Origin: an uncultured delta proteobacterium
GTDB lineage: Bacteria; Myxococcota; Myxococcia; Myxococcales; Myxococcaceae
Length of the DNA stretch: 64,000 bases
Reading direction: 5' to 3'
Assembly: GCA_963771175.1 (NCBI GenBank)
Contig: CAVYSY010000040.1
Location: forward strand, 64,001-128,000
Within the stretch, counting starts at the first letter, position 1; every line of letters starts with the position of its first letter. The notes beneath the pieces are model-generated. The model did no database searches, was not told the origin of the DNA, and saw only the letters and a program-made list of their open reading frames with translations. Both the position numbers and the translations under genes were made by a program. Below, in pieces: positions 14,049 to 24,676 of the stretch.

Positions 14049-14158
14049 CGAGCTGACCTCGCATGTGACTCCCCGAGGGCCCTCCCCAAGCGGGCGAGGG
14101 CCCTTCGCTTTTCCGGAGGCCCTTCCCTCCGTGTACGGGCTCGGCTAGAAGCCCAAGC

Positions 14159-15259
14159 GTGAAGGCCAAGCCCACTAGTCCACAGTTGCCCGATATCCCT
14201 GTTTGCGCCGTGGCGGACATGGGCCTCCGCGAACTTGAGCGCATCCGGCTCATCCTCCGGGGTGGCTCGGTCATCGACTGGCGGCGGATGCACTTCCAGA
14301 CGCGGGACGAGGTCGACCGCTTCCTCCGCCTCTGCCAGATCGACACCTCTCGACCCCATGACGAGGCATGGGCCCGCACGGTGCTGGCCGACGCCGTCGA
14401 GTACCTGCGTCGTACCTTTGATTACCGAGTGGCGGATGCAGTGGCGAGCCCCGAGGAGATCCACGATCTCTTCCTCTATGCCTCCGGCGTGAAGGGGCTG
14501 CCGAGACACCGACGCATCGCGTGCATCGTGCTCAAGGTGATGCACGTCCTCCAGCACATCGAGGGGCGGGACCTGATGCACCGGCTGGCGGTCTCCGAGG
14601 CGGAGCTATCCGAGCTGGTGACCGCAAAGGTGCTGAGCACTGCTCAACTGCTGCAGGACAAAGGATTGCAAGTCGTCGAGTTCGCGCACTCGATCAAGAC
14701 GCGCGAGTCCCTCATCACCAAGCTGCTGGCCAAGAAGGAAACGGTCGCGGCCCAAATCTATGACCGGACGCGCTTCCGCATCATCACTCGGACACGGGCG
14801 GACATCCTCCCCGTTCTCTATTTCCTGACGCAGCACCTCTTCCCCTTCAACTTCGTCGTCCCTGGGCAGACCGAGAACACGCTCATTGCGTTCAAGGAGG
14901 TGCTCACGGAGAACCCACACCTCAAGCAGTACGCCCAGCAGCTCCACCTGGATCTCGACTACGAGGACCGCGAGGATCGCACGCGCAACCTGTTCTCCGG
15001 GAACACCTACCGGGCGCTGAACTTCGTCGTGGACGTGCCGGTCCGGATGGATGCGTACCTGCCGTCACCGGAAGAGGACACGCGCGAGCGGAAGAACCGG
15101 ACGGTCTTCACCCTCGTGGAGTTCCAAATCATCGACGAGGAAACCGCTCGCCAGAATGAGGAAGGGGAGAACGCCCACAAGCTCTACAAGCGCCGGCAGA
15201 AGCGGCGTGTGCTGCGCCGCCTCTCCCGCGGCCTCGTGGTGCCAAAGCGACAAGGCTGA
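14159..15259 (+). CDS. TIGR04552-type protein with RelA/SpoT synthetase-like motifs
   Basis: Motifs IKTRESLITK, IYDRTRFRII, YRALNFVV, VEFQI and AHKLYK in RelA/SpoT order; family name recalled, not searched. Confidence 0.7.
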   Translation: MKAKPTSPQLPDIPVCAVADMGLRELERIRLILRGGSVIDWRRMHFQTRDEVDRFLRLCQIDTSRPHDEAWARTVLADAVEYLRRTFDYRVADAVASPEEIHDLFLYASGVKGLPRHRRIACIVLKVMHVLQHIEGRDLMHRLAVSEAELSELVTAKVLSTAQLLQDKGLQVVEFAHSIKTRESLITKLLAKKETVAAQIYDRTRFRIITRTRADILPVLYFLTQHLFPFNFVVPGQTENTLIAFKEVLTENPHLKQYAQQLHLDLDYEDREDRTRNLFSGNTYRALNFVVDVPVRMDAYLPSPEEDTRERKNRTVFTLVEFQIIDEETARQNEEGENAHKLYKRRQKRRVLRRLSRGLVVPKRQG

Positions 15260-15292
15260 ACCCGATACGGCAGGAGCGTACAGGCTACTTTT

Positions 15293-16642
15293 TCAGGGAT
15301 ACTCGTACGTCACTTCGAGCTCGGCCAACTTGGGTTGGGTCTCGACGTCAGAGAACAGCATGTCGTTGGCATTATTTCCATCGCTATTCTTTTCGAACCT
15401 GAGCCGGAACTGAGTCCGTTTGTTCGCGGTTTGCTCGATCGGCCCAATCTTTTCCGAGCAGGGAGGTGATGTCAAATCTGCCATGCGTTGTGGCGACATC
15501 GGTTGGGACGACGATTGAAGAACTCAGAGGTATGGTATGATAATCGGCTGACAGCCGCAGGATTATCACTGGTGTCCTCGATGCCCGTGTAATCGAGTTG
15601 GTCTCCGATGTTGACCTGCTCAAGAAGAAGGTTGCCGAACTTCGTGAAGGGTTCTCCCTGCTGTCCACTCACCCACCATTTCAGGGTGCCTTGGGTGATA
15701 CGGATCGTGTTGTCCGGCAATGCGTCGAACTTGAATCCGATGAATAGTCGATAGGTGTTGTTGTCATACCCATCGCCAAGGGTTTCGAAATTGTAGGTGG
15801 GTGCTCTCCGGTATAGTTTGGCGATTCCAGTGAGCCGCTCGTTTGAGGATCGAAATTGATGGTGGTGGTATTCGTCCTGAGCGTACGGAAGGTTCCAGTG
15901 AGTGCTGGCTGAAGCGCATTGCCTGCGGCATCCTTCGCTGTCATTGACACTTGCCAGTTGATGTCGACGCCATATCCAAAGTTGGTGTTGGGTTTGAAGC
16001 TCATCTCCGTTCCGGCCTCATTCCAGGTGAAGACACCCGAGTTGAAGCCTATAGGTGACGTAATTGCGAAAGCATTCTGCACGGAATCCTTGTTCATGGG
16101 TTCCGAAAAGAGAACCGTGATTGAATCCATGCGCTCAACACCCGTTGCCAAGTTGTCCGGGACGAAGCCGAGAGGGGTTGGCGGCGTGGTGTCTGGTGCT
16201 GGGCCCGTGGTGCTGAAGGAGAATGATTCGAGTCCCAGTGAGCTCGTTTCCCGCCACGTCCTTGCCAACAACGGTGAGGGTGTAGGGGGCGTTCTGCGCC
16301 AGGCTTGTCGAGGGCTGGATGACCAACCGGGTGTTTCCGGCCGACCACGTAGGCGCTCCGAGCTGCACCGAGGGATTGATGGCGACCTGAACGGTGTCGA
16401 TGTTCATGGGCTCGGAGAACTCGAACTCCAGCCCGGTATTGAGTGCGACGTTCGTGGAGCTGCTGGCGGGAGTGCTGCGAGTGATGTTCGGGACGCACCG
16501 TATCTTCGGAGTTTCCTCCATCCGGCTGCGTGGTTGTGGGCGTACCCGAATCAGGGGTGCTGGGTTCGATCTCCGGCACGTTGATGCATGCGGAAATCAA
16601 CCCGATGAGGACCAGGGGGATGTAGCGTTTGTTGGTTGGCAT
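15293..16642 (-). CDS. Lipoprotein with two Ig-like (Big_5-type) domains, low GC, several frameshifts
   Basis: Lipobox ISAC; two FSEPM motifs and KDxAGNxL motifs; pieces in ORFs 16094-16642, 16135-16521, 15681-16271, 15472-15720 and 15293-15499. Confidence 0.7.
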
Positions 16643-16906
16643 GCTGCTCCGCAGTGCAGGGCCTGTTCCAGGCTCCTGCGGCTGAGTTTCGGGTCCTCAC
16701 GCGCGCGTAAGCCCCCAAAACGACTCGTGGAGAATGCCTCAACCCTACCTGTGCCGAGAAATCGGATCAGGAGTCCCTCATCCCGTACGCTGGACTCACC
16801 GTCCACGGGTTGGACCCTTGTCCCGAAAACACCAGCGCCGCTCCTGGCAGCCCTCTGTGGGGCTCCCCGAGCGGCGCGTGCGTGGCGCTCCTGGTCGGAG
16901 CGGCGG

Positions 16907-18547
16907 CTACTTCTTCTTCCGGTTCTTCTTCTTGTTTTCCTTCTCGCGCTTGCGGCGCTCCTTGATGGCGTCCTTGTTCTCGGGCTTGGCTGCCGAGGGC
17001 GGGGCGTAGCCCATCATGCGCGCCTTGGCCATGGCCGCCTGGCCCATGGGCGCCGTGTAGCCCGGGGCGATCTGCGGCAGCTGCATCGGCATGCCGCCCA
17101 TGCCCATCCCGGCCATCGCCTTCTCCATCATCTTCGGGTCCTTCCCGAACATGCTGGACAGGTCCATGTTCTTCATCTGCGCCAGCTGGCCCATCTGCCG
17201 GAAGCCGGGGATCCGCCCCAGCAGACCCGGGTTCTGGCCGATCGTCCCCATCACCTGCTGCATCATCCCGAACTTCTGCAGCAGCTCGCGCACTTCCTCC
17301 GTCTTGCGGCCGCTGCCCTTCGCGATGCGCTTCACCCGGCTGTCGGTGATCAGGTTCGGACGCAGCCGCTCCTGCTCCGTCATCGAGTCGTACATCGACT
17401 CGATCTTCGTCAGCTCCTTCTCGTCCGGGTTGAGCTGCTCGGTCATCTCGCCGAAGAGCGGGAACTTCTCCAGCAGGTCCTTCAGCGGACCCATCTTCCG
17501 CACCATGCGGATCTGCTCGACGAAGTCCTTCATCGTGAAGTTGCCCGAGAGGAGCTTCTGCGCGTCCTCCGCGGCCTTCTTCTCGTCGACGACTCCCTCG
17601 AAGTCCTTCATCAGGCCGACGATGTCGCCGAAGCCCAGGATCCGGCTGGCGAGCCCGTCCGGACGGAACTCCTCGAGCTTGTCCATCGACTCGCCCATGC
17701 CCAGGAACTTGATGGGCTTGCCCGTCACCTCCTTGATGGACAGCGCCGCGCCACCACGCGCATCACCGTCCAGCTTGGTGAGGATGAAGCCGTCCAGGCT
17801 CAGCCGCCGGTCGAACTCGGCCGCCGTGCGCACCGCGTCCTGGCCGATCATCGCGTCGCACACCAGCAGGATGTTGTCCGGCCGGACGTTGGCCTTGATG
17901 GCCTCCAGCTCGGTCATCAGCGCCTCGTCGATGGCCAGACGACCCGCCGTGTCGATGAGCACCACGTCGCACTTCTGCTCGCGCGCCGCGGCGTACCCAC
18001 GCTTCGCCAGTTCCGGCGGCGGCACGTTGGGCTCGAAGTACACCGGCACCTTCAGCCGCTCGCCCAGCACCTTGAGCTGGTCCACGGCCGCCGGACGGTA
18101 GATGTCCGCCGCCACGAGCAGGGGCTTGCGACCCTCCTTCAGCAGCTTGCTGGCGAGCTTGCCCGTGGTCGTCGTCTTACCCGAGCCCTGCAGGCCCACC
18201 ATCATGATGCCGCTGACCTGGTCCTTGGGCTTGAGCTGGATGCTCGTGTCCACCGGACCCATCAGGGCCTCGAGCTCGTCGTGGCAGATCTTGACGAAGT
18301 GGTCGCCCGCCGAGACGCGGTGCTTGCGGCCGGCCTTGTCGGTGATGGTGGTCTGCACCACCTCGCCGACGGCCTTCTCGCGCACCCGCGCGACGAACTT
18401 CTTCACCACATCGAAGGCGACGTCGGCCTCGAGCAGGGAGACGCGGATGTCGCGGAGCGACTCATCCACCATCTCGGGGGTGATCTCACTCTTGCCCGCA
18501 AGGCGGTTCTTGGCGGCTCGGAAGCCCTTGGCGACGGTTTCAAGCAT
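16907..18547 (-). CDS. ffh: Signal recognition particle protein Ffh
   Basis: GLQGSGKTTT, DIYRPAA, DTAGR, TKLDGDARGGAALS and M domain; start MLETVAKG at 18547. Confidence 0.97.
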   Translation of the reverse strand: MLETVAKGFRAAKNRLAGKSEITPEMVDESLRDIRVSLLEADVAFDVVKKFVARVREKAVGEVVQTTITDKAGRKHRVSAGDHFVKICHDELEALMGPVDTSIQLKPKDQVSGIMMVGLQGSGKTTTTGKLASKLLKEGRKPLLVAADIYRPAAVDQLKVLGERLKVPVYFEPNVPPPELAKRGYAAAREQKCDVVLIDTAGRLAIDEALMTELEAIKANVRPDNILLVCDAMIGQDAVRTAAEFDRRLSLDGFILTKLDGDARGGAALSIKEVTGKPIKFLGMGESMDKLEEFRPDGLASRILGFGDIVGLMKDFEGVVDEKKAAEDAQKLLSGNFTMKDFVEQIRMVRKMGPLKDLLEKFPLFGEMTEQLNPDEKELTKIESMYDSMTEQERLRPNLITDSRVKRIAKGSGRKTEEVRELLQKFGMMQQVMGTIGQNPGLLGRIPGFRQMGQLAQMKNMDLSSMFGKDPKMMEKAMAGMGMGGMPMQLPQIAPGYTAPMGQAAMAKARMMGYAPPSAAKPENKDAIKERRKREKENKKKNRKKK

Positions 18548-18636
18548 GGCGGTCGCTATATAACAGCGGCGGCGTGGACGGGATGCCCATGTGCGTTGCA
18601 GTCGTCCCCCGGTTGAGAGAAGGTGTCCAGGCCTCG

Positions 18637-18722
18637 GCACGAGTGGCGAAACTGGCAGACGCAGCGGACTTAAAATCCGCTGGCCCGAAGGGGCCGTCCG
18701 GGTTCGATCCCCGGCTCGTGCA
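18637..18722 (+). tRNA. tRNA-Leu (anticodon TAA)
   Basis: Acceptor stem GCACGAG/CTCGTGC; anticodon arm GCGGA-CTTAAAA-TCCGC; long variable arm; GGTTCGATCC T-arm; CCA not encoded. Confidence 0.95.
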
Positions 18723-18881
18723 TCCCGCTCCCCTGGGGGGCGGTCAGGTGGGTATCGGACAGTGGGGCCTCCCCGAGGAGCCTCTCCACGGGGAAGCATG
18801 TCCGCCCCGGGTGCTGTTCGATGAATGCGTGCTTGCGTCGCCGGGGGAAGTCGGCTACTTACCCACCCGCTGTCGCTGCCT

Positions 18882-18955
<74 letters not shown>

Positions 18956-18960
18956 CATGT

Positions 18961-19000
18961 GAGGGTCGGGAGCCTTCGGGTTCCCGGCCCTCTCTGTTTT
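18961..19000 (+). terminator. Intrinsic terminator after tRNA-Arg
   Basis: GAGGGTCGGGAGCC-TTCG-GGTTCCCGGCCCTC hairpin followed by TCTGTTTT. Confidence 0.75.
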
Positions 19001-20328
19001 CAGCCCTCGGACGTCTCCCGAGGGGGCGGCAGGTGGATGCGCACCAGGCGCACCCGGCGCGGACTCGCGTCGAGCACCTCCAGCACCGTCCCGTCCTCCA
19101 GCGTCAGCTTCGCGCCCTTCTCGGGAATGGCCCCGGCCTCCACCGCGCACAGGCCTCCCAGCGTGGACCAGCCCTGGCCCTCCTCCAGCTCCAGTCCCAG
19201 TTCCCGGTTCACGTCCCGGATCGCCGCCGTGCCCTGTACCACCGCCGTGGTGGGACTCTCCCGCTGGAGGAGCTCCTCGGGCTTCTCGAACTCGCTGGAG
19301 ATGTCGCCCACCAGCTCCTCGACCAGGTCCTCCACCGTCACCAGCCCCGCTACGCCCCCCCGCTCGTCCACCACGATGCCGAGCTGCATCCGCCTCCGCT
19401 GCAGCTCCTTCAGCGCGTCGATGGCGCTCATCGACTCGAAGGCGAACCAGGGCGAGCGCATCACGTCCTCGAGCACGATGAGCTGGCCCTCCCAGGCCAC
19501 CCCCAGCAGGTCCTTCGCGATGACGTAGCCCACGATGTTGTCGAGCGACCCCTCGTACACCGGCATCCGCGAGTGCCCGTGCTCCAGCAGCACCTGCCTG
19601 ATCTCCTCCGCGCTCGCGTGCCGGCGCAGCGCCACCATGCGGCTGCGCGGCACCATCACCGCCGACAGCGGGATGTTTGCCAGCTCGAACGCCCGGGAGG
19701 CAATCTCCCCGGTCCGGGGATCCAACGAGCCCGACTTCGCCGCCTCCTCCACCAGTTGCTGCAGCTCGTCCGGAGACAGGCGCGACTCGCTGAAGGTGGT
19801 CCGGTCCCCGAAGAAGCGCAGCAGGACGTTGGAGCTGGCCGTGAGGAACCAGACCAGCGGCTTCATCAGCCAGGAGAGCCCGCGCAGCGGGCGGGCGATG
19901 ACCAGCGCGTAGCCCTCGGAGAAGCGCAGGGCCAGGGACTTGGGCACCAGCTCGCCCAGCACCAGCGAGAGATAGGAGACCAGGCCCACCACCAGCGCGA
20001 AGGCCACCTGCTCCGCGAGTCTCGCCTGGAGCCCCAGCCCGGTGAGGACCGGCGCCAGACGCTGGGCGATGGAGGCTCCGCCGAAGGCCGCCGCGCTGGC
20101 TCCCACCACGGTGATGCCGATCTGCACCGTCGCCAGGAAGCGCTCGGGATCGTCCCGCAGCGCCTGCACCGCCCGGGCGGAGCTGCTGCCCTCGTCGAGC
20201 AGCTCCCGCAGTCGCGTCTTGCGCACCGACAGCAGGGCCAGCTCGGCCCCCGAGAAGATCCCGTTGGCCAGGATCAGCAACAGGATGATGACGAATTCGA
20301 TCGCGATGGCTGCCTGTCCTCCAAGCAC
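19000..20328 (-). CDS. Hemolysin-family/CNNM (DUF21-CBS-CorC) metal transporter
   Basis: ANGIFSGAELAL, TVQIGIT, GELVPK, HSRMPVY, VDERGGVAGLVTVEDLVEELVGDI. Confidence 0.92.
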   Translation of the reverse strand: MLGGQAAIAIEFVIILLLILANGIFSGAELALLSVRKTRLRELLDEGSSSARAVQALRDDPERFLATVQIGITVVGASAAAFGGASIAQRLAPVLTGLGLQARLAEQVAFALVVGLVSYLSLVLGELVPKSLALRFSEGYALVIARPLRGLSWLMKPLVWFLTASSNVLLRFFGDRTTFSESRLSPDELQQLVEEAAKSGSLDPRTGEIASRAFELANIPLSAVMVPRSRMVALRRHASAEEIRQVLLEHGHSRMPVYEGSLDNIVGYVIAKDLLGVAWEGQLIVLEDVMRSPWFAFESMSAIDALKELQRRRMQLGIVVDERGGVAGLVTVEDLVEELVGDISSEFEKPEELLQRESPTTAVVQGTAAIRDVNRELGLELEEGQGWSTLGGLCAVEAGAIPEKGAKLTLEDGTVLEVLDASPRRVRLVRIHLPPPRETSEG

Positions 20329-20416
20329 CCTCTATAGCAACCCCAGCCGGTCCCGGAGCCTCGAAGCTTCGCGAGTATCCTTTTGGGATTCTGGGAGCCC
20401 GGGTCGCGGCGGCCCG

Positions 20417-20848
20417 TCAGGCGTCCAGCGACTGGAGCAGGAGCGAGAGTTGGTCCCGGCTGGCGCCCTTGGGCAGGTAGTAGTGCGGCCCGGTGCGGAG
20501 CGCACCGCCCACGTCCTGGGCCGCTGCGGAGGTGAGGAACACCACACGGGGCGGGCTGCCGTTGCGCGGCATCCGCTCCAGCACCTCGAAGCCGTTCATC
20601 CCAGGCATGTTGAGGTCCAGCAGCATCACGCCGCAGCGTTGCCGGGCGAGCGAGTCCAGGGCCTCCTGACCGTTCGCGGCCTCGATGGTCTCGTAGCCGA
20701 GATCCTCGAGACACAATTTGAGGAACTCCCGCCAGTCCGCGTCATCATCAACGACCAGTACCTTGCGCGTGTCGTCCTCCGAACTCCTTCGACCCAAGTG
20801 TCCTCCTGGCACGTGGGTACAACCTTCCGAGAAAAAGGCGCCATTCAC
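20417..20848 (-). CDS. Single-domain response regulator (start uncertain)
   Basis: VLVVDDD...LLDLNMPGMNGFEVL...VVFLT...YLPK receiver motifs. Confidence 0.85.
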   Translation of the reverse strand: MNGAFFSEGCTHVPGGHLGRRSSEDDTRKVLVVDDDADWREFLKLCLEDLGYETIEAANGQEALDSLARQRCGVMLLDLNMPGMNGFEVLERMPRNGSPPRVVFLTSAAAQDVGGALRTGPHYYLPKGASRDQLSLLLQSLDA

Positions 20849-20892
20849 CCGGGCAGCAGGCTCGCTCGGAGGGCAGGGGAGGGGACAGCCGC

Positions 20893-21726
20893 TCAGAGGA
20901 GCGCCATCGAGAGCTGGCCGGCCAGGTACTGCAGCGCGGGCATGACGTTCGGGGCCGAGCGCTTGCGCACCGGGGCGCGCGCCGCCCGCTGCCACTCGGG
21001 CTCGCCCACCAGGCGTCCGGCCGCGTGCTGGAACATCCGGAAGCGGCCGAGCTCGATGGAGCTGCCCGAGTTGTAGATGCGCAGCCCGCGGCCCTGGAAG
21101 CGGCCCAGGTCGAACTCGCGCGGCACGTGCCGGTGCCCGTGGAGGATGAGATCGCACCGGCCCTGGGCCCGGCGGACCAGCTCGGCGCCGAGCGCCAGCT
21201 CCGAGGCGTGCGGCCAGCCCATGCTCGTGGCGAACCGCTCGGGGAGGCTCTCCTCCGGCAACGGCAGCACGTGGTGGTGCACCAGCACCGCGGTGAGCGC
21301 GCCGGTGGGGGCGGCGCACAGGGCCTCGTCCACCTCGTCCAACACCTCGCGCGTCAGCTCACCGTGGCAGGCGAAGTAGTTGCGGTTGTGCGGGCCCGTG
21401 GAGTCCACGCACACCAGGTAGAGGCCCTCGTGCCGCTCCACGCGCACCTTCTGGCCATTCATCCACTGACTGCCGGCGTCCTCGCCGGTGCGATCGTGGT
21501 TGCCGGGGATGAAGGTGAGCCGTCCGGCGTCGAGAAAGGGGGCGAAGAGCTCTCGGAAGCGCCGGTATTCGCTCCGGCTGCCCTGGTGGGTGAGGTCTCC
21601 CGTCACCACCACGTGATCCACGCGCTCGGTGAGGAGGGTCTCCACGAGCGCGGTGGCCGTCGCGTCGCTCTCGCGGGTGAGGTCCAGATGGATATCGGAC
21701 AGGTGAGCCAGCTTGAGGGGGAGCAT
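20893..21726 (-). CDS. Calcineurin-like metallophosphoesterase (CpdA/Icc-like)
   Basis: SDIH, TGDL, GNHD, VHHH and HGHRH motifs. Confidence 0.88.
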   Translation of the reverse strand: MLPLKLAHLSDIHLDLTRESDATATALVETLLTERVDHVVVTGDLTHQGSRSEYRRFRELFAPFLDAGRLTFIPGNHDRTGEDAGSQWMNGQKVRVERHEGLYLVCVDSTGPHNRNYFACHGELTREVLDEVDEALCAAPTGALTAVLVHHHVLPLPEESLPERFATSMGWPHASELALGAELVRRAQGRCDLILHGHRHVPREFDLGRFQGRGLRIYNSGSSIELGRFRMFQHAAGRLVGEPEWQRAARAPVRKRSAPNVMPALQYLAGQLSMALL

Positions 21727-21814
21727 GAATACTTCTGAAGTACTCACTCGCCGAAACACGGCCATGGCCTCCTGGAAAATCCCGCGAAAGAGTCCGGTGT
21801 CATCCCGGTGAACG

Positions 21815-23045
21815 TCACCCAGCGAGCAGCTCCCCGGCGGGCTTGGGATGGGTCGTGGACAATCCTTCCGCCCCGGCGGGTGCGGGCGGCACCAACCGCG
21901 AGCCGGCCAGCACGCGCAGCTTGTTGCCGCGCCAGTCCACCGAGCGCGCGAAGAGTCCATTCGTCCACGCCACGAAGAGCAGCACGTCCTTGAGCAGCAC
22001 CGCTGGCACCGTCATCCACGAGGCCGGTTGTCCCGGACGCAGTGCGTTGAAGACCGTCACGTCGTGGAGCAGCTTCGCCACTGCCACCGTGCCCAGTACA
22101 CCGAAGGCGAGGGCCGACGGCGACAGCAGCGCGCCGAGCAGCGCCCAGGGCAGCGGGTTGAGCAGCGACTGCGCCAGGTACACCGGCGTGGGGATGCAGG
22201 TGTGGTGGATGATGCTCCAGCGCACGTACCGCTTGAAGAAGGCCAGGACGCTCTTCTTCTGCGACACGTTGTAGACGGGCGAGCGCGCCACCACGGCCCG
22301 CCTGCCCAGCCGCCGCGTCATCCACCGGCCGATGACGTAGTCCTCCGCCAGCACGTTGCGCACCGAGTAGAAGCCGCCCAGGGCCTCCACGTCCTCGCGG
22401 CGCATCGCCATGGACTTGCCCACCACGATGTCCTGATCCGCGGCCTGCTTGGCGGCGATCTGCCCCGCGCCCGCCGAGGTGCACTGGTACAGGTTGTCCA
22501 TCAACGAGCCCAGCGTCTGCTCGCCGATGCCGCTCACCGGGTGCGAGATGACGCCCACCGTCGGGTCCTCGAAGGTGCGCGGCGATCTCCTCCAGGTAGT
22601 CCGGGCCCACGAGCGTGTTGGAGTCGCTGATGACGAGGATGTCGTGCCGGGCCTCGGCCGCCAGGGTGATGAGCTGGTTCACCTTGGGGTTGAGGCCGGG
22701 CTCGCCATGCTGCAACTCCAGGCGCATGACGTGTGGCCAGCGCGCCACCGCCTCGCGAGCCACCGCGTAGGCCGGATCTCTCGTGTCCTTCACCCCCAGC
22801 ACCACCTCGTACTCCGGGTAGCCGAGGGTGGCGAACCGGGCCAGGTTGGCCTCCAGGTCGTCATCCACGCCGCACAGGGGCTTGAGGATGGAGATGCCCA
22901 CCGACTCGCCGCCGCTCACGGGCGTCCGCACCCGGGCCGAAGTCCAACGGTGGCGCAGCACGAAGAAGAGCTGAACCCCGAGGGCGAAGGTCCCGACGGC
23001 GGCGAGGGCGAGGAGGGCGAGGCTGAGCGCGTGGGTGAGGGGCAC
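21815..23045 (-). CDS. Ceramide glucosyltransferase-like (GT21/HpnI-type) glycosyltransferase; frameshift near 22570
   Basis: N-terminal TM; ILKPLCG, NPKV, ISDSN, LAEDY and RYVRW motifs; C-terminal VDWRG. Confidence 0.82.
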
Positions 23046-23151
23046 GGCATTCTCCTGAGCAGGAGCGCGTTCATCGCGCGTCCTGCCCGGGAGGCTACGA
23101 GCGCCGTGTTGCGTCTTTCTGAAGCTCCCGCGTCGTCCGAGAGAACTCTCG

Positions 23152-23168
23152 GAGACAGGACGGTGACA
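23152..23168 (-). promoter_or_regulatory. Pho-box-like site upstream of the GT21 gene
   Basis: Minus strand TGTCAC-CGTCC-TGTCTC, 11-bp period. Confidence 0.5.
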
Positions 23169-23180
23169 CCACCCCGTGCG

Positions 23181-23871
23181 TCAGGAGGTCTTCAGGTTGC
23201 GGCTGCGCGGGTGGCGGACGTCCGTGCCCCGCACCATGTAGATGACCATCTCCGCCACGTTCGTGGCGTGGTCGCCGATGCGCTCGAGGTGCTTGGCGAT
23301 GAACATCAGCGCCGTGGCGCGGCGGATGTTCTTCGAGTCCTCCATCATGTAGCTGAGGAGCTCGTTGAAGATCTTCAGGTAGAGGGCATCCAGGTGCTCG
23401 TCCTCCTTGAGCACCTCCTCGGCCCTGGCCACGTCCGAGGACACGAAGGCGTCCAGCGCCTTCTTCACCTGCTGCTGGGCCAGCTCGGCCAGCCGGGGCG
23501 TGTCCACGTAGGGCTTGAGCGGGGGCGCCTGGTTCAGCTCCATGGCCCGCTCGGCGATGTTCACCGCCAGGTCGCCGATGCGCTCCAGGTCGGTGACGAT
23601 CTTCAGCGCCGTGGTGATGAGGCGCAGGTCGCTCGCGGCGGGCTGGCGCAGCGCGAGGATGCGACGGCACAGGTCGTCGATCTCCACCTCGAGCCGGTTG
23701 ACCTCCTTGTCGCCCTGCGATCACCTGCTCGGCGAGCGCGGAGTCCCGCTCGGTGAGCGCGCGCATGCTGTCGGCGATGTGCGCCTCCACCTTGGCGCCC
23801 ATGGCCAGCAGCTTCTCGCGCAAGTCCCTCAGGTCCTGCTCGAATGCTTTGTCCGTGTGAATCGACGGCAT
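23181..23871 (-). CDS. phoU: Phosphate signaling protein PhoU (frameshift near 23715)
   Basis: LRQPAASDLR, DLERIGDLAVNIAE, HLERIGDHATNVAE; follows pstB. Confidence 0.93.
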
Positions 23872-23890
23872 GTCCCGCTCTCCCTCGCGC

Positions 23891-24667
23891 CTACCCGAAC
23901 TTCCCGGTGACGTAGTCCTCGGTGCGCCGCTCGCGCGGGTTGGTGAAGATCTGCTCCGTGGAGCCGCATTCCACCAATTCCCCCATGTAGAAGAAAGCCG
24001 TCCGGTCGCTCACCCGGGCCGCCTGCTGCATGTTGTGGGTGACGATGACGATGGTGTAGCGCTCCTTCAGCTCGTGGATGAGCTCCTCGATCTTCGCCGT
24101 GGCGATGGGATCCAGGGCGCTGGCGGGCTCGTCCATGAGCAGCACCTCGGGCTCCACGGCCAGGGCGCGCGCGATGCACAGGCGCTGCTGCTGGCCGCCG
24201 GACAGGCCCAGGGCGCTGTCGCCGAGGCGATCCTTCACCTCGTCCCAGAGGGCCGCGCCCTTGAGCGACTTCTCCACGCGCGCGGCGAGCTCCGCCTTGT
24301 CCTTCATTCCCCCCACGCGCAGGCCGTAGGCCACGTTCTCGAAGATCGTCTTCGGGAAGGGGTTGGACTTCTGGAAGACCATGCCCACGCGGCGGCGCAG
24401 GTCCACCACGTCCAGGTTCCGGTCGTGGATGCTGTGCCCGTCCAGCAGCACGGTGCCCTCGTGGCTGGCGCCCGGGATGAGGTCGTTCATCCGGTTGAGC
24501 GAGCGCAGGAAGGTGGACTTGCCGCAGCCGGAGGGGCCGATCAGCGCCGTCACCTGGTTCTCGGGCAGCGTGAGGCTCACCGACTTCACGGCCACCTTGG
24601 TGCCGTAGCGGAGGGTGAGCTCACGCGCTTCCATCTTGATGCGCGAGGGGGCGGAAGGGAGGGACAT
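23891..24667 (-). CDS. pstB: Phosphate ABC transporter ATPase
   Basis: [32 protein letters not shown]. Confidence 0.97.
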   Translation of the reverse strand: MSLPSAPSRIKMEARELTLRYGTKVAVKSVSLTLPENQVTALIGPSGCGKSTFLRSLNRMNDLIPGASHEGTVLLDGHSIHDRNLDVVDLRRRVGMVFQKSNPFPKTIFENVAYGLRVGGMKDKAELAARVEKSLKGAALWDEVKDRLGDSALGLSGGQQQRLCIARALAVEPEVLLMDEPASALDPIATAKIEELIHELKERYTIVIVTHNMQQAARVSDRTAFFYMGELVECGSTEQIFTNPRERRTEDYVTGKFG

Positions 24668-24676
24668 GGCTCGGTG

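Noticed and set aside
16562..16581. 18/20 match to the tRNA-Leu T-arm/3' end (possible att site)
   Set aside because: Lies inside the lipoprotein coding region, upstream rather than downstream of the tRNA, with ffh in between and no integrase; probably chance.
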